Below are positions 27,349 through 35,778 of a stretch of DNA of 35,778 nucleotides, piece by piece. Location: the IMG/VR virus record IMGVR_UViG_643348570_000002; one strand, 5' to 3'. The position numbers and the translations under genes are program-made. The stretch is from an uncultured virus (IMG/VR IMGVR_UViG_643348570_000002). Taxonomy: Duplodnaviria; Heunggongvirae; Uroviricota; Caudoviricetes. Below the pieces are notes generated by a model. That model was not told the origin of the DNA, did no database searches, and saw only the letters and a program-made list of their open reading frames with translations. Numbering within the stretch: position 1 is the stretch's first letter; the number at the start of each line of letters is the position of its first letter.

Positions 27349-30300
27349 CAAGGCGCAGACCGTCGGCTTCCGCTATTCGCTGGGGATGCATCTGGCGCTC
27401 TGCCATGGGCCGATCGATGCCATCCGCGAGATCCTCGTCGACCGGCGCACGGCGTGGTCCGTCACCACCGGCGGCGGCGTTTCGGGTGGCGGCGCGGCCG
27501 TGGAGACGCGGATCGGCACGGTCGCAGGTATGGCGGCAACTGCGGCGCTGGCGGGCGACACGGGCGCCACGATCACCTTTCCGGGGACGCGCGCCGGGGT
27601 GCGCATCGGCCGGGACTACCGGCTGCAATTGGCGAATGGCACGAGCCAGACGATCACGCTGCGCGGCGTCACATTCAACGCCGCCACCAATGTGACCTCC
27701 TGGTCCGTGCTACCCGAGGCGCTGAACTTTGCAGCGCAGGCCGTCGAGGTGTTCGAGGCGACCAGCGCCGCCAGCAACGCAGGTGCCGGGGGTGGGCGTA
27801 TCCGCATCGACAAGTCCGACCTCTTTGGCGGTGAGAGCCGCGAGGGCGGGATCACCGGCGATGTCGATGTGCTGATGGGCGGGTCGGGCCAGGCGCAGAA
27901 CGATTACCTGGCTGCGCGCATGAACAGCGACGTGCCCGGCTATCGCGGGCTTTGCAGCCTCGTGCTGCGCCAGGTGTATCTCGGCATCAACCCCTATCTG
28001 AAGCCTTGGGCGGTACGCGTGACCCGGGTGCTGACCGGTGAGGCGGGCGCAGCGCAGTGGTATCCCGAGAAGGCCCCGATCGTCCCGGAGGCGAACATCT
28101 CGGACGCCGCGATCTACATCACGCTCGATGTCTCGGGCTCGATGTCGGGAACACGCATGGCGGCCCAGAAGGCAGGAGTTGCCGCCCTGATCCGCGAGAT
28201 CGGGGCCAGCGTCGATCCCGACCGTCCGAACGATATCCGCATCGTGCTCTGGAACGCGGGCCTCGCAGGCTCCATCGAGCGGCGCAACATGGAGCCCGAC
28301 GATTACACCGCGCTGGAAGACTGGATGCTGGCGCTCTCGAACAGCACTTCGGGGGGCACAAACTTCAACGCGGCCTTTGCCGAGGCCAGCACCTTCTTTG
28401 CCGGTGGCGGGTCCAAGCGTCGGATCGTCATCTTCGTGACCGATGGCGAACCCTCGCCCGTTTCCTCGGTCGATGCGGCCGAGGCCACCATCGCAAGCCT
28501 GCCGCCCGCCGACATCTTCGGCTTTAACATCGCGCTCGCCAACACGACCTCCACCGCGCGCATCGACAACACGCCGGTGGACGGCGTGCCGGTGATCCCG
28601 CCTGGCAGCCCGCAGGCGCTGGTGGCTTCCCTGCGCGGGGCTTTCGGCAACGGGCCGGACATGAACCCGGCTCATATCATCCGGGAATGCCTGACGAACC
28701 GCGACTGGGGTCTGGGCTATTCGACCGTCGAGATCGGGGCGAGTTTCACGGCCGCCGCAGACACGCTCTACAACGAGGGCTTCGGCCTGTCGCTGATCTG
28801 GCAGCAGGACAGCTCGATCGAGGAGTTCATCGGCAGCGTTCTCGACCATATCGACGCCACGCTCTTCATCGACCGGCGCACGGGGCTATGGGAGATCAGG
28901 CTGATCCGGGCCGACTACACGGCCAGCGCACTGCCCTTGTTCGACGAGACCAACGTCGTAGATTGGGGGCGGCTGGGGCGGCGCGCGCCCTCCGACCTGG
29001 TCAACAGCGTGACCGTGCGTTTCACCGATGCCTGGACCGACGACACCGGCGCCGTCAGCGTGACCGACACCGCCCGGGTCCAGTCCATGGGCGAGGTGAT
29101 CGCCACCACGCTGGATTATCCGGGGATCCGCTACCAGGGGCTGGCGATCCGTGTGGCTGAGCGCGACCTGCGGGCGCTTTCCGTGCCGCTGCTCACGGGA
29201 GAGATCGTGGTGAATCGCGAAGGTGCCGATCTCGGGCCCGGCGATGTGATCCGGCTGCGGTCGCTCCGCCTCGGGCTCGACGATGTCGTCATGCGCATCT
29301 CGGAGATCGGTCAGGGCGACGGGCGCGACAATGGCATCCGGCTGAAGCTCGCCGAGGACGTATTCGCGCTGGGGGCCACCGCCATCGCGGGGGGGCGGAT
29401 GCCGACCGGCACCGGCGTCGCCGCGCCGCCGCGGGCACTCGTCCGGCGCATGGTCGAAGAAGCGCCGTACTGGCTGCTGGTCCGCGAACTTGGGCATAGC
29501 GAGGCCGCCCGCATTCTGTCGGAGGATCCGGATGCGGGCGCGCTGGCCGCCACGGGCGAGCGCCCCAGCGCCGATGCGCTGGCGGCGGAACTCTGGATCG
29601 ACCCCGGCACCGGCCCCGCGCAGGAAGGCGCTGTCGCCTTCGCGTCGACGGCGCTGCTGGCGGCGGACGTCTCGGACCACCCGGAGGCGCGCGTCCTGCC
29701 CGTCACCGGCTGGCGCGACATCGGCGAGGTCGGGATCGGCACGCTGGCGAGCATCGGCGGCGAGTTGGTGAAGATCGACGGAATCACCCCCTCAGCCATC
29801 ACTGTCGGGCGGGGCTGCCTCGACACCGTCCCAAGCGCGCATGCGGCGGGCACACCAGTGGTCTTCTTTGACGAAGGTGCGCGGATCACCGAGGACAGCT
29901 GGGCGGCGGGAGAGACCCTTGCGATCCGGCTGCTACCCGAGACCGGGCGTGGCACGCTCGCGTTCGCGCTGGCGCCTGAGGACAGCGTGACGCTGGACCG
30001 CCGCGCGATCCGACCTTTGCCGCCCGGTCGGGTGCAGGCCAATGGCAGCTACGCGCCGGATGTGGATTCGCTGATCGCCGATGATCTCGTCCTGACTTGG
30101 GCCCATCGCGATCGCCTCACCCAGACCAGCCCAGTCATCGTCGATCACACGGGCGGCTCCATCGGGCCGGAGCCGGGCGTTGGCTATGCGATCGAGGTGC
30201 GCTGGATCGATCCCGACACTGGCACGGCCCTCATGCCGCCGGGCATCGTGATCGACGCCGGGAGTGGCACGAGCTGGACGCTGGCGCCCGAGGACGTTCC

Positions 30301-30466
30301 CGAGACCGGCGCGCCGGAGCGCACAGCCGAGATCGACCTCGCCGTCCGGTCGCGCCGGATGGTCGGCGGCGTCTGGCTTGCTGACCGCGAGGCGCGCCGG
30401 TTCCGCCTGACCGCCCCCTTCGCCGCCGGATGGGACCGCGGCTGGGGCTTCCTCTGGGGCAGCTGA
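27335..30466 (+). CDS. Central tail/host-specificity protein with inserted VWA domain (1043 aa)
   Basis: MGG.SK.QTVG.RY, LFGGESREGG, PGYRGL, NPYLKPW, DMNPAHIIRECLTN.DWG and RG.LDT; VWA MIDAS DVSGS...GGTNF...VTDGEP. Confidence 0.88.
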   Translation: MGGRSKAQTVGFRYSLGMHLALCHGPIDAIREILVDRRTAWSVTTGGGVSGGGAAVETRIGTVAGMAATAALAGDTGATITFPGTRAGVRIGRDYRLQLANGTSQTITLRGVTFNAATNVTSWSVLPEALNFAAQAVEVFEATSAASNAGAGGGRIRIDKSDLFGGESREGGITGDVDVLMGGSGQAQNDYLAARMNSDVPGYRGLCSLVLRQVYLGINPYLKPWAVRVTRVLTGEAGAAQWYPEKAPIVPEANISDAAIYITLDVSGSMSGTRMAAQKAGVAALIREIGASVDPDRPNDIRIVLWNAGLAGSIERRNMEPDDYTALEDWMLALSNSTSGGTNFNAAFAEASTFFAGGGSKRRIVIFVTDGEPSPVSSVDAAEATIASLPPADIFGFNIALANTTSTARIDNTPVDGVPVIPPGSPQALVASLRGAFGNGPDMNPAHIIRECLTNRDWGLGYSTVEIGASFTAAADTLYNEGFGLSLIWQQDSSIEEFIGSVLDHIDATLFIDRRTGLWEIRLIRADYTASALPLFDETNVVDWGRLGRRAPSDLVNSVTVRFTDAWTDDTGAVSVTDTARVQSMGEVIATTLDYPGIRYQGLAIRVAERDLRALSVPLLTGEIVVNREGADLGPGDVIRLRSLRLGLDDVVMRISEIGQGDGRDNGIRLKLAEDVFALGATAIAGGRMPTGTGVAAPPRALVRRMVEEAPYWLLVRELGHSEAARILSEDPDAGALAATGERPSADALAAELWIDPGTGPAQEGAVAFASTALLAADVSDHPEARVLPVTGWRDIGEVGIGTLASIGGELVKIDGITPSAITVGRGCLDTVPSAHAAGTPVVFFDEGARITEDSWAAGETLAIRLLPETGRGTLAFALAPEDSVTLDRRAIRPLPPGRVQANGSYAPDVDSLIADDLVLTWAHRDRLTQTSPVIVDHTGGSIGPEPGVGYAIEVRWIDPDTGTALMPPGIVIDAGSGTSWTLAPEDVPETGAPERTAEIDLAVRSRRMVGGVWLADREARRFRLTAPFAAGWDRGWGFLWGS

Positions 30467-30541
30467 ATCGGACCATTCGCATCGGCGACGTCACGACCGC
30501 GCACGCCACAACCATGATCACCACCACAAGCGAGGACGAGC

Positions 30542-31219
30542 ATGCCGGAACGGATCATGCCGGGACTGGGGCTGCGCGCCTTCTATGACCCCGGACAGCG
30601 CAACTGGGGCACCAGCGTCAGTGAGGATCTGCGTGCGCTGTCGGTACTGGTGCAGGCGCGCGCGCTTTCAAGAAGCACAGTCCTGCCACCCGCGGGCAGC
30701 CCCGGCGATATCCGCATCGTCCCGGCTGGCGCGCCGTCCCATGCCAATGCGCTGGCGCTCTGGGACGGCGGCGACCCGGGGGCGGAGGACTGGGTTTACC
30801 TCACGCCACAGGAGGGCTGGCAGGTCTGGGTGTCGGACGAGGCGCGGCATGTGCGTTTCGCGGGTGGAGCATGGGTGGCAGTGCCGCGCCCCGGTATCGT
30901 GCCGATCCGTACCCTGACCGCGACCAGCCACACGCTGGAACTGGTCGATCTGGGCAGCATTCTCGAGACCACGGGATCCTCGGCCGTCACCGTGACGATC
31001 CCTGGCGAGACGACCGTGCCCTTCGAGATCGGCACGCTCATAAATGTCACGCAGGTCGGCGCCGGGATCGCAACCGTCACGGCGGCTCCGGGCGTGTCGC
31101 TGAATGGCGTCACGGGCGGTTCCGTCGCCCTCGATGGCCAATGGTCGGGCGTGGCACTCGTCAAGCGTGGTGCAGATGCCTGGGTTATTCAGGGCGCGCT
31201 GGCGGGGGCCGTCGCATGA
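30542..31219 (+). CDS. Tail fibre-associated protein (DUF2793-like N-terminus)
   Basis: PPAGSPGD..IVPAG...W...PQEGWQVWV.DE...F..GAW; C-terminal QVGAG..T...LVKRGADAWVIQG. Confidence 0.75.
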   Translation: MPERIMPGLGLRAFYDPGQRNWGTSVSEDLRALSVLVQARALSRSTVLPPAGSPGDIRIVPAGAPSHANALALWDGGDPGAEDWVYLTPQEGWQVWVSDEARHVRFAGGAWVAVPRPGIVPIRTLTATSHTLELVDLGSILETTGSSAVTVTIPGETTVPFEIGTLINVTQVGAGIATVTAAPGVSLNGVTGGSVALDGQWSGVALVKRGADAWVIQGALAGAVA

Positions 31220-32085
31220 GCCTGCTGATGATGCGCGCCGCCATCCTCGCGCAGGGCGGCGACCCCGCCCCGCCGGTCGATATCGGCTCTGTCTGGCAAC
31301 TCGACGCGACGCGGCGCCCTCCAGGCTACACGCTGTCTGATGGCAACCAGACCGCCGTGAACACCTCGGGCGGGACCAACTACATGCGCTGGGTGCCGAG
31401 TGCCAAGGCCATCCTGCCCTCGGACGGGCGGCGCTATTGGGAAGTGCTCTGCGCAGCCAGCGGAGCCGCCAGTTTCGACGGCTACATTGGCGTCGTCTCG
31501 GCCGCACAGCGCGAGGAGTTCAATGTCGGCAACAACCCGATCACGCTGGGCTCCATCGGCTATCGCGGCAACGGCACCCTCTGGTCGTCGAACAACACTG
31601 TGGCCGAGCAGCGCCTGACTGGCCTGCCCACCTTCGGCGCGGGGGACGTGCTGATGTTCGTTCTCGATCCGGCCACCGCGCGCCTCTGGATCGGCAGGAA
31701 CGGCGTCTGGCGCGACGATCCGGTGAGTGGGGCTGCAACCTGGACGGCCGCGCAGAGCACGGCTTTCTATCCGCAGGTCCAGGGGCGCAATTCCGGCGAT
31801 GGCGGCACGCTGCGCTCGCAGCCCTCGCAGTTCAGCTACCCGGTGCCTCCAGGGGTGTTGCCACTCGGCTACGAGCACCCCGACCTGCGGATCTTCGAGA
31901 CGCATGCCTTCATCGAGCTGGCCTGGGACAAGGCCCTCAGCGTCGGCGAGCTCGAGGCCTGGTTGGATCTCGGCGGCGGCACGCGTCTGACCTCGGGCGG
32001 CGTCTCGATCTTCCTCGATCACGGCGGGGGCGCGTCCCTCACCGCTGCCCAATCCGCCCTCTACATCGAAGTGGAACTGCCATGA
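31216..32085 (+). CDS. SPRY/B30.2-like domain tail protein
   Basis: ATGA overlap; GRRYWEV, YIGVV, SIGY, FGAGDVLMFVLD...LWIGRNGVW, FYPQV and FSYPVPPG. Confidence 0.75.
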   Translation: MSLLMMRAAILAQGGDPAPPVDIGSVWQLDATRRPPGYTLSDGNQTAVNTSGGTNYMRWVPSAKAILPSDGRRYWEVLCAASGAASFDGYIGVVSAAQREEFNVGNNPITLGSIGYRGNGTLWSSNNTVAEQRLTGLPTFGAGDVLMFVLDPATARLWIGRNGVWRDDPVSGAATWTAAQSTAFYPQVQGRNSGDGGTLRSQPSQFSYPVPPGVLPLGYEHPDLRIFETHAFIELAWDKALSVGELEAWLDLGGGTRLTSGGVSIFLDHGGGASLTAAQSALYIEVELP

Positions 32086-33080
32086 GTTACATCCTGCATC
32101 TGGGCCACCAGCCCACCGACATCGCCGGCATCTCGGGGCTTCTGAACACGACCGCCGGGGGGTTCGACCCGACGCTCGACGTGAACGCGATCCGGCACGT
32201 CGGCTTCAACAGCTATTCCGCGCCGTTCTCCTTCTCGGTGCCGGAGCCCGTGGGCGATCTCTGGCTGGGGTTCCGCTACGTGCCGCCCAACGCCGACGCC
32301 AACAGCATCAACCGCGCCGAGGCGAGCTTCCTGGAATTCTACAGCGCGACCAACGTGCTGCTGGCCCAGATCAAGCCGATCACGACCACCAACCGCTATC
32401 ACGCCATCGCCGCTGGCGACACCAGCGTGCAGGGCAGTTCCTCCTACACTGCCCCCAATGGTCAGCCGCAATGGATCGACGTGCGGGTGGCGGTCGGTGC
32501 CCAGATCACCATCGAGTTCTATGTCGAGGGTGTGCTGCAATCGACGGCCACCGCCACGAACGCGAATGGAAAGGGCAAGCCGCGCCACGTGGTCTTTGCC
32601 AACACCGCGCTCCACGGGATTTCCGCGAACCGCACCTGGTACTACGCGCATATCGCGGCCCTCGACGGGGTCTCAACCATCGGGCGGCGTTTCGTGCGCC
32701 GCAGCCCCAACGCCATCGCAAGCTTCAACCAGATGGTGGGCAGCATCGACGCGCTGCGTGACGGCGATATCGCCACCCGGGTCGCCAGCACGGCAGCGGG
32801 GCAGCGGATGTCCTTCTCGCTCACGGGGCCGACTGGGCCCGCCTCGGTCTCGGCCATTGCGGGGGTGCACCTGAAGCAGATCGCGCAGGCGGGAACGGAT
32901 GGGCCCGACGCCACAGCGGGTTTCCTGCGCATGGGCGGCGTGAACCATGACGCCGCGCCGGTCACGGTGCCAAGCCTCGCGCCGGTGCCGGCCTATTCCA
33001 GCTGGGCGGTCAATCCGGTCGATGCGAGCCCCTGGAGCGATCTGACCCTGCCCAACGAGGTCGGGATCCTGTCCGCATGA
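32082..33080 (+). CDS. Beta-rich putative receptor-binding/lectin-like tail protein (332 aa)
   Basis: ATGA overlap; Thr/Ser/Ala-rich; WIDVRV...IEFYVEGVLQ; C-terminal NPVDASPWS. Confidence 0.65.
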   Translation: MSYILHLGHQPTDIAGISGLLNTTAGGFDPTLDVNAIRHVGFNSYSAPFSFSVPEPVGDLWLGFRYVPPNADANSINRAEASFLEFYSATNVLLAQIKPITTTNRYHAIAAGDTSVQGSSSYTAPNGQPQWIDVRVAVGAQITIEFYVEGVLQSTATATNANGKGKPRHVVFANTALHGISANRTWYYAHIAALDGVSTIGRRFVRRSPNAIASFNQMVGSIDALRDGDIATRVASTAAGQRMSFSLTGPTGPASVSAIAGVHLKQIAQAGTDGPDATAGFLRMGGVNHDAAPVTVPSLAPVPAYSSWAVNPVDASPWSDLTLPNEVGILSA

Positions 33081-33385
33081 CGCAACAGCCCTCCCTCTTC
33101 GAGCAGATCGCGCAGGCCTTCCGCGATCATGGCATCACCGCCGCCATCGGCGTCTGGTTCACCTTCATCGCGGGGCTGGCCACGGCCGTCACCAGGAAGG
33201 CCTTCACCAACGAGGCGCTGCTGCACAAGCTCGAGCAGGAGCTGGCCGAGGAACGCGCGCGCATCGAGAAGCGCCGCGACGAGGATCGCAAGATCGACCA
33301 TGACCGGCTCGCGCGCATCGAGCGCGACATCCACGACATGCGCAACCTGATCTTCGCCGCGTTTCAGCGCAAGAACGGAGATTGA
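33077..33385 (+). CDS. Holin-like protein (one TM segment plus charged coiled coil)
   Basis: GITAAIGVWFTFIAGLATAV then a highly charged tail; immediately precedes the endolysin gene. Confidence 0.6.
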   Translation: MTQQPSLFEQIAQAFRDHGITAAIGVWFTFIAGLATAVTRKAFTNEALLHKLEQELAEERARIEKRRDEDRKIDHDRLARIERDIHDMRNLIFAAFQRKNGD

Positions 33386-33537
33386 CGCCAGGCAGTCGCA
33401 CAGCCCAGCGCCCGCTCTGGCCACCGGTCCACAAGCCAACGCTGGCAGCCTGCCCAACTCGCAACACCGACAACCCATCCGCCGCGCCTGCGCACGGCGG
33501 CCCCTTCCGCATGCCCTTTCACCCCAAGGAGACCACC

Positions 33538-34218
33538 ATGCCCGACCCCATCCGCACCTTCCGCCATTTCCGCGATGTTCCGGACAGCCTCTGGCGCTGG
33601 CGGAACTTTTCCCCCGCCGAGATCGCCTGCCGCGGCACGGGGCAGCTGAAGCTGCACCCGGAAGCGCTGGACAAGCTGCAGGCCCTGCGCGACCGGCTGG
33701 GCAAGCCGCTGATCGTCCGCTCGGCCTATCGGAGCCCCGAGCACAACCGCAATGTCGGCGGGGCGCCGCGCTCGAAGCACATGGACGGGACGGCCTTCGA
33801 TATCGCCATGTCGAACCACGACCCTGTGGCGTTCGAGGCCGCTGCCCGCGCCGTGGGGTTCCTCGGCTTCGGGTTCTATCCGCGCTCGGGCTTCATCCAC
33901 ATCGACCTCGGCCCCGCGCGCCAGTGGGGCGAGCGGTTCCCGGCGCGCGCGGCGCCGTTTGCCGCCGAGGCCCCGCCCGCGCGCGAGACGCTGGCCGACA
34001 GCCGCACGCTGCGCGGCACCGGCGCGGCCGGTGTCGCAACCGTCGGTGCTGCCGGGGTCGAGGTCGCACAGGAGGTTCTGACCGAGGCGCAGGACGCCGT
34101 CCTTCCGCTCGTCCCCTATCTGGATACCCTCCGCTGGCTGTTCATCGCCCTGGCGCTGGGCGGGATCGCGGTGGCCGTTTGGGCGCGCCTGGACGACTGG
34201 AAGAAGGGCCTGCGCTGA
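33538..34218 (+). CDS. Endolysin, peptidase M15 family, with C-terminal membrane segments
   Basis: AAGGAG RBS; NFSPAEIAC, SAYRSPEHN..VGGA..SKHMDGTAFD and FIHIDLG; hydrophobic tail WLFIALALGGIAVAVW. Confidence 0.88.
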   Translation: MPDPIRTFRHFRDVPDSLWRWRNFSPAEIACRGTGQLKLHPEALDKLQALRDRLGKPLIVRSAYRSPEHNRNVGGAPRSKHMDGTAFDIAMSNHDPVAFEAAARAVGFLGFGFYPRSGFIHIDLGPARQWGERFPARAAPFAAEAPPARETLADSRTLRGTGAAGVATVGAAGVEVAQEVLTEAQDAVLPLVPYLDTLRWLFIALALGGIAVAVWARLDDWKKGLR

Positions 34219-34475
34219 TGTGGGCCAGCCTTGCGGTCGGGCTTCTTGCCCGGCCATGGGCGCGGCGGGTGGCGGCCATCGCCCTCGCCCTGCTCACCAT
34301 CTTCCTGTTCATTCTCAACATCCGCCGCACGGGCGAGCGCGCGGGCCGCGCCGCCGAACGGCTCGAAACCCTGGAGCGCAACGATGCCATCCACCGCCAG
34401 ATGCTGGACGCCGCCGCGCGCCGCCCTCGCAGCCGCCACGATCTTCTTGACCGGCTGCGCGACGGCGGGTTCTGA
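34218..34475 (+). CDS. Inner-membrane spanin (Rz-like)
   Basis: TGATG coupling; TM VAAIALALLTIFLFIL then a helical periplasmic part ending DRLRDGGF. Confidence 0.7.
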   Translation: MWASLAVGLLARPWARRVAAIALALLTIFLFILNIRRTGERAGRAAERLETLERNDAIHRQMLDAAARRPRSRHDLLDRLRDGGF

Positions 34476-34638
34476 CGCCCCGCCCAGCGCCTGCCCGCCG
34501 GTGGTCGAGTACAGCAGGGCCGAGCAGGCGCGCGTGGCCGAGGAAGTGGCCGCGCTGCCCGAGGGGACGCTGATCCCAAGCTGGCTCGCTGATTACGCCG
34601 TCCTGCGCGACCAGGCTCGGGCCTGCGCGAGGCGATAG
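34384..34638 (+). CDS. Outer-membrane lipoprotein spanin (Rz1-like), overlapping Rz
   Basis: GGAG at 34373; lipobox IFLTGC; CPPVVEYS...DYAVLRDQARAC; different frame from the Rz 3' end it overlaps. Confidence 0.72.
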   Translation: MPSTARCWTPPRAALAAATIFLTGCATAGSDAPPSACPPVVEYSRAEQARVAEEVAALPEGTLIPSWLADYAVLRDQARACARR

Positions 34639-34695
34639 CCTGGAACCCCGTCCGAAATCGTGGCGCGACTGCGGGCATCCGGCTATTCTCGCCTG

Positions 34696-35061
34696 ATGAA
34701 CGAGGACGACAAAAAGCGCATTGCAGCAAGGCTGGCCAGGATCATGGCCATGCTCTGCGTGCGCAACACGCAGCTCGAGATGCTGCATTCCGGACTGACC
34801 CCCGTGACCCGGACCGGCGACTACTCGGATGTCTTCGTGGAGGACGCAGACGGCCGGCGCATCCCGTGGTCGGATGTCTCGCGCTTCGATGACGCCGAAA
34901 TGCGCGCGCTGATGCAGGACATCGTCAAGCGCCTCTACACCTTCCATCTTGAGGCCAGCGATCCCAAGCTGCAGGCGACCATCGAGCGCTGGATGGGCGC
35001 CGCGATGAAATGGGACGAGCCAGAAATCGATCACCGGATGATTAGCCGCGGGCGGGAATAG
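34696..35061 (+). CDS. Hypothetical protein
   Basis: MAMLCVRNTQLEMLHSG.TPVTRTGDYSDV...IPWSDVSRFDD.EMRALM; coding-like bias. The start could be GTG 34660. Confidence 0.7.
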   Translation: MNEDDKKRIAARLARIMAMLCVRNTQLEMLHSGLTPVTRTGDYSDVFVEDADGRRIPWSDVSRFDDAEMRALMQDIVKRLYTFHLEASDPKLQATIERWMGAAMKWDEPEIDHRMISRGRE

Positions 35062-35216
35062 CGCCGCGAGCGCCCCACCCAGAGCCATTCGAAGACAGCC
35101 GAACCCTCGGGCAAGTGCCCTGCAGGGCTCTCTGTCGCTCACTGCCGACAATCAACTGGACTATGCGCGCGGGTCACGCCTGATGTCGTGGTGCCGCGTC
35201 GATGGAGCCGCACCGA

Positions 35217-35417
35217 ATGACCCCGAAACACCCCGACATCATTGTCACGCTCACCGGCGAGGACGGCAACGCCTTCGCCATCCTCGGTCGCTGTCGCGCC
35301 GCCGCTCGCGATGCCGGGCTCTCCGACGAAGAGATCGCCGCCTTCATGGACGAGGCCATGGCGGGCGACTACGACCATCTCCTGCAGACCGCGATGCGCT
35401 GGTTCGAGATCAGGTGA
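35217..35417 (+). CDS. Small phage hypothetical protein (66 aa)
   Basis: GGAG RBS; LTGEDGNAFAILG...A.AGDYDHLL is a recurrent phage motif. Confidence 0.75.
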   Translation: MTPKHPDIIVTLTGEDGNAFAILGRCRAAARDAGLSDEEIAAFMDEAMAGDYDHLLQTAMRWFEIR

Positions 35418-35433
35418 TCCGAGCCGATCCGCT

Positions 35434-35778
35434 TCATACGAAAGCGTCGGCCCGCGGCCCGAAGACCGCCGCGCACTCGGCCTGCCATGCCGCGCGATGC
35501 TGCCCCGGATCCTCCGGAAACCGGCCCAGCGCCACCGCGAGATCGAAAAAGCCTCGCCGAGGCATGTCGCCCGCGCGGCTGATCACCAGTGCTGCGATCA
35601 TCGGCCGACCAGCGGCGACATCCTCGCGCATGGTCTGCTCGAGCGCGGCGGCGACGCGCTGGATCGTGCCGGGTGGCTGCAAGCCGAGTGCTCTGGCCAT
35701 CTCCTGATAGGTCGTGAAGGGGTCAGCCGGGGTGCGACGCGCCAGAAGCGCCCGCGCTTCACCCGCCAGCGCGGTCAT
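35434..35778 (-). CDS. Hypothetical protein, winged-helix-like
   Basis: TTYQEMARALGL...L...GRPMIAALVISR...PRRGFF; ATG at the window edge. Confidence 0.65.
   Translation of the reverse strand: MTALAGEARALLARRTPADPFTTYQEMARALGLQPPGTIQRVAAALEQTMREDVAAGRPMIAALVISRAGDMPRRGFFDLAVALGRFPEDPGQHRAAWQAECAAVFGPRADAFV

Larger units (their letters stand above)
5699..34638 (+). mobile_element. Lambda-like siphovirus prophage late region (packaging to lysis), possibly defective
   Basis: Complete colinear head-tail-lysis module. Attachment sites and early genes are not in the window, so the true boundaries are unknown. Confidence 0.92.

Noticed and set aside
12069..30466. Gene transfer agent (RcGTA-like) cluster
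   Set aside because: GpA terminase, lambda portal, S49 protease, gpD/gpE-type head, a cos-like site and a long tape measure indicate a lambda-like prophage rather than the HK97-type RcGTA head cluster.
27335..33080. Diversity-generating retroelement or invertible tail-fibre cassette
   Set aside because: No reverse transcriptase, invertase, or template/variable repeat pair was seen in the window.
5821..35151. Long antisense or alternate-frame ORFs (e.g. 5821-7575, 7242-8819, 13078-14499, 17810-19441, 20683-22128, 23831-25201)
   Set aside because: Shadow ORFs expected at high GC. They overlap well-supported genes, are Arg/Gly/Pro-rich and lack motifs.
12006..35158. AATCAACTG repeated at 12006-12014 and 35150-35158 as att core or operator
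   Set aside because: Only 9 nt, in opposite orientation relative to the adjacent small genes, with no integrase nearby. It would also exclude the cos site from the element.

Overview
High-GC DNA, most likely from an alphaproteobacterium (Rhodobacteraceae-like, inferred). It is dominated by the late region of a lambda-like siphovirus prophage (about 5.7-34.6 kb). In order, that region holds a candidate cos site, two ParB-methyltransferase fusions, an HNH moron with a structured leader, a leftward cluster of small genes, the terminase, portal, S49 protease with nested scaffold, decoration and capsid genes, a tail module (tube, frameshifted chaperone, tape measure, VWA-containing central tail protein, SPRY-domain fibre), and a holin/M15 endolysin/spanin lysis cassette. 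Left of the cos site is a defence-like block: the 3' part of a Type ISP restriction-modification enzyme, a coupled secreted Cys-rich protein, a DEDDh-BRCT exonuclease and a low-GC PD-(D/E)xK-like protein. Two phage genes (MTase 1 and tail tube) carry single in-frame TAG codons. No integrase, repressor, replication, tRNA/rRNA or CRISPR features are visible. The most intriguing unexplained element is the ~230-nt structured non-coding unit with its own promoter upstream of the small HNH nuclease (8929-9555). All family calls come from motif recognition by eye, not database searches.
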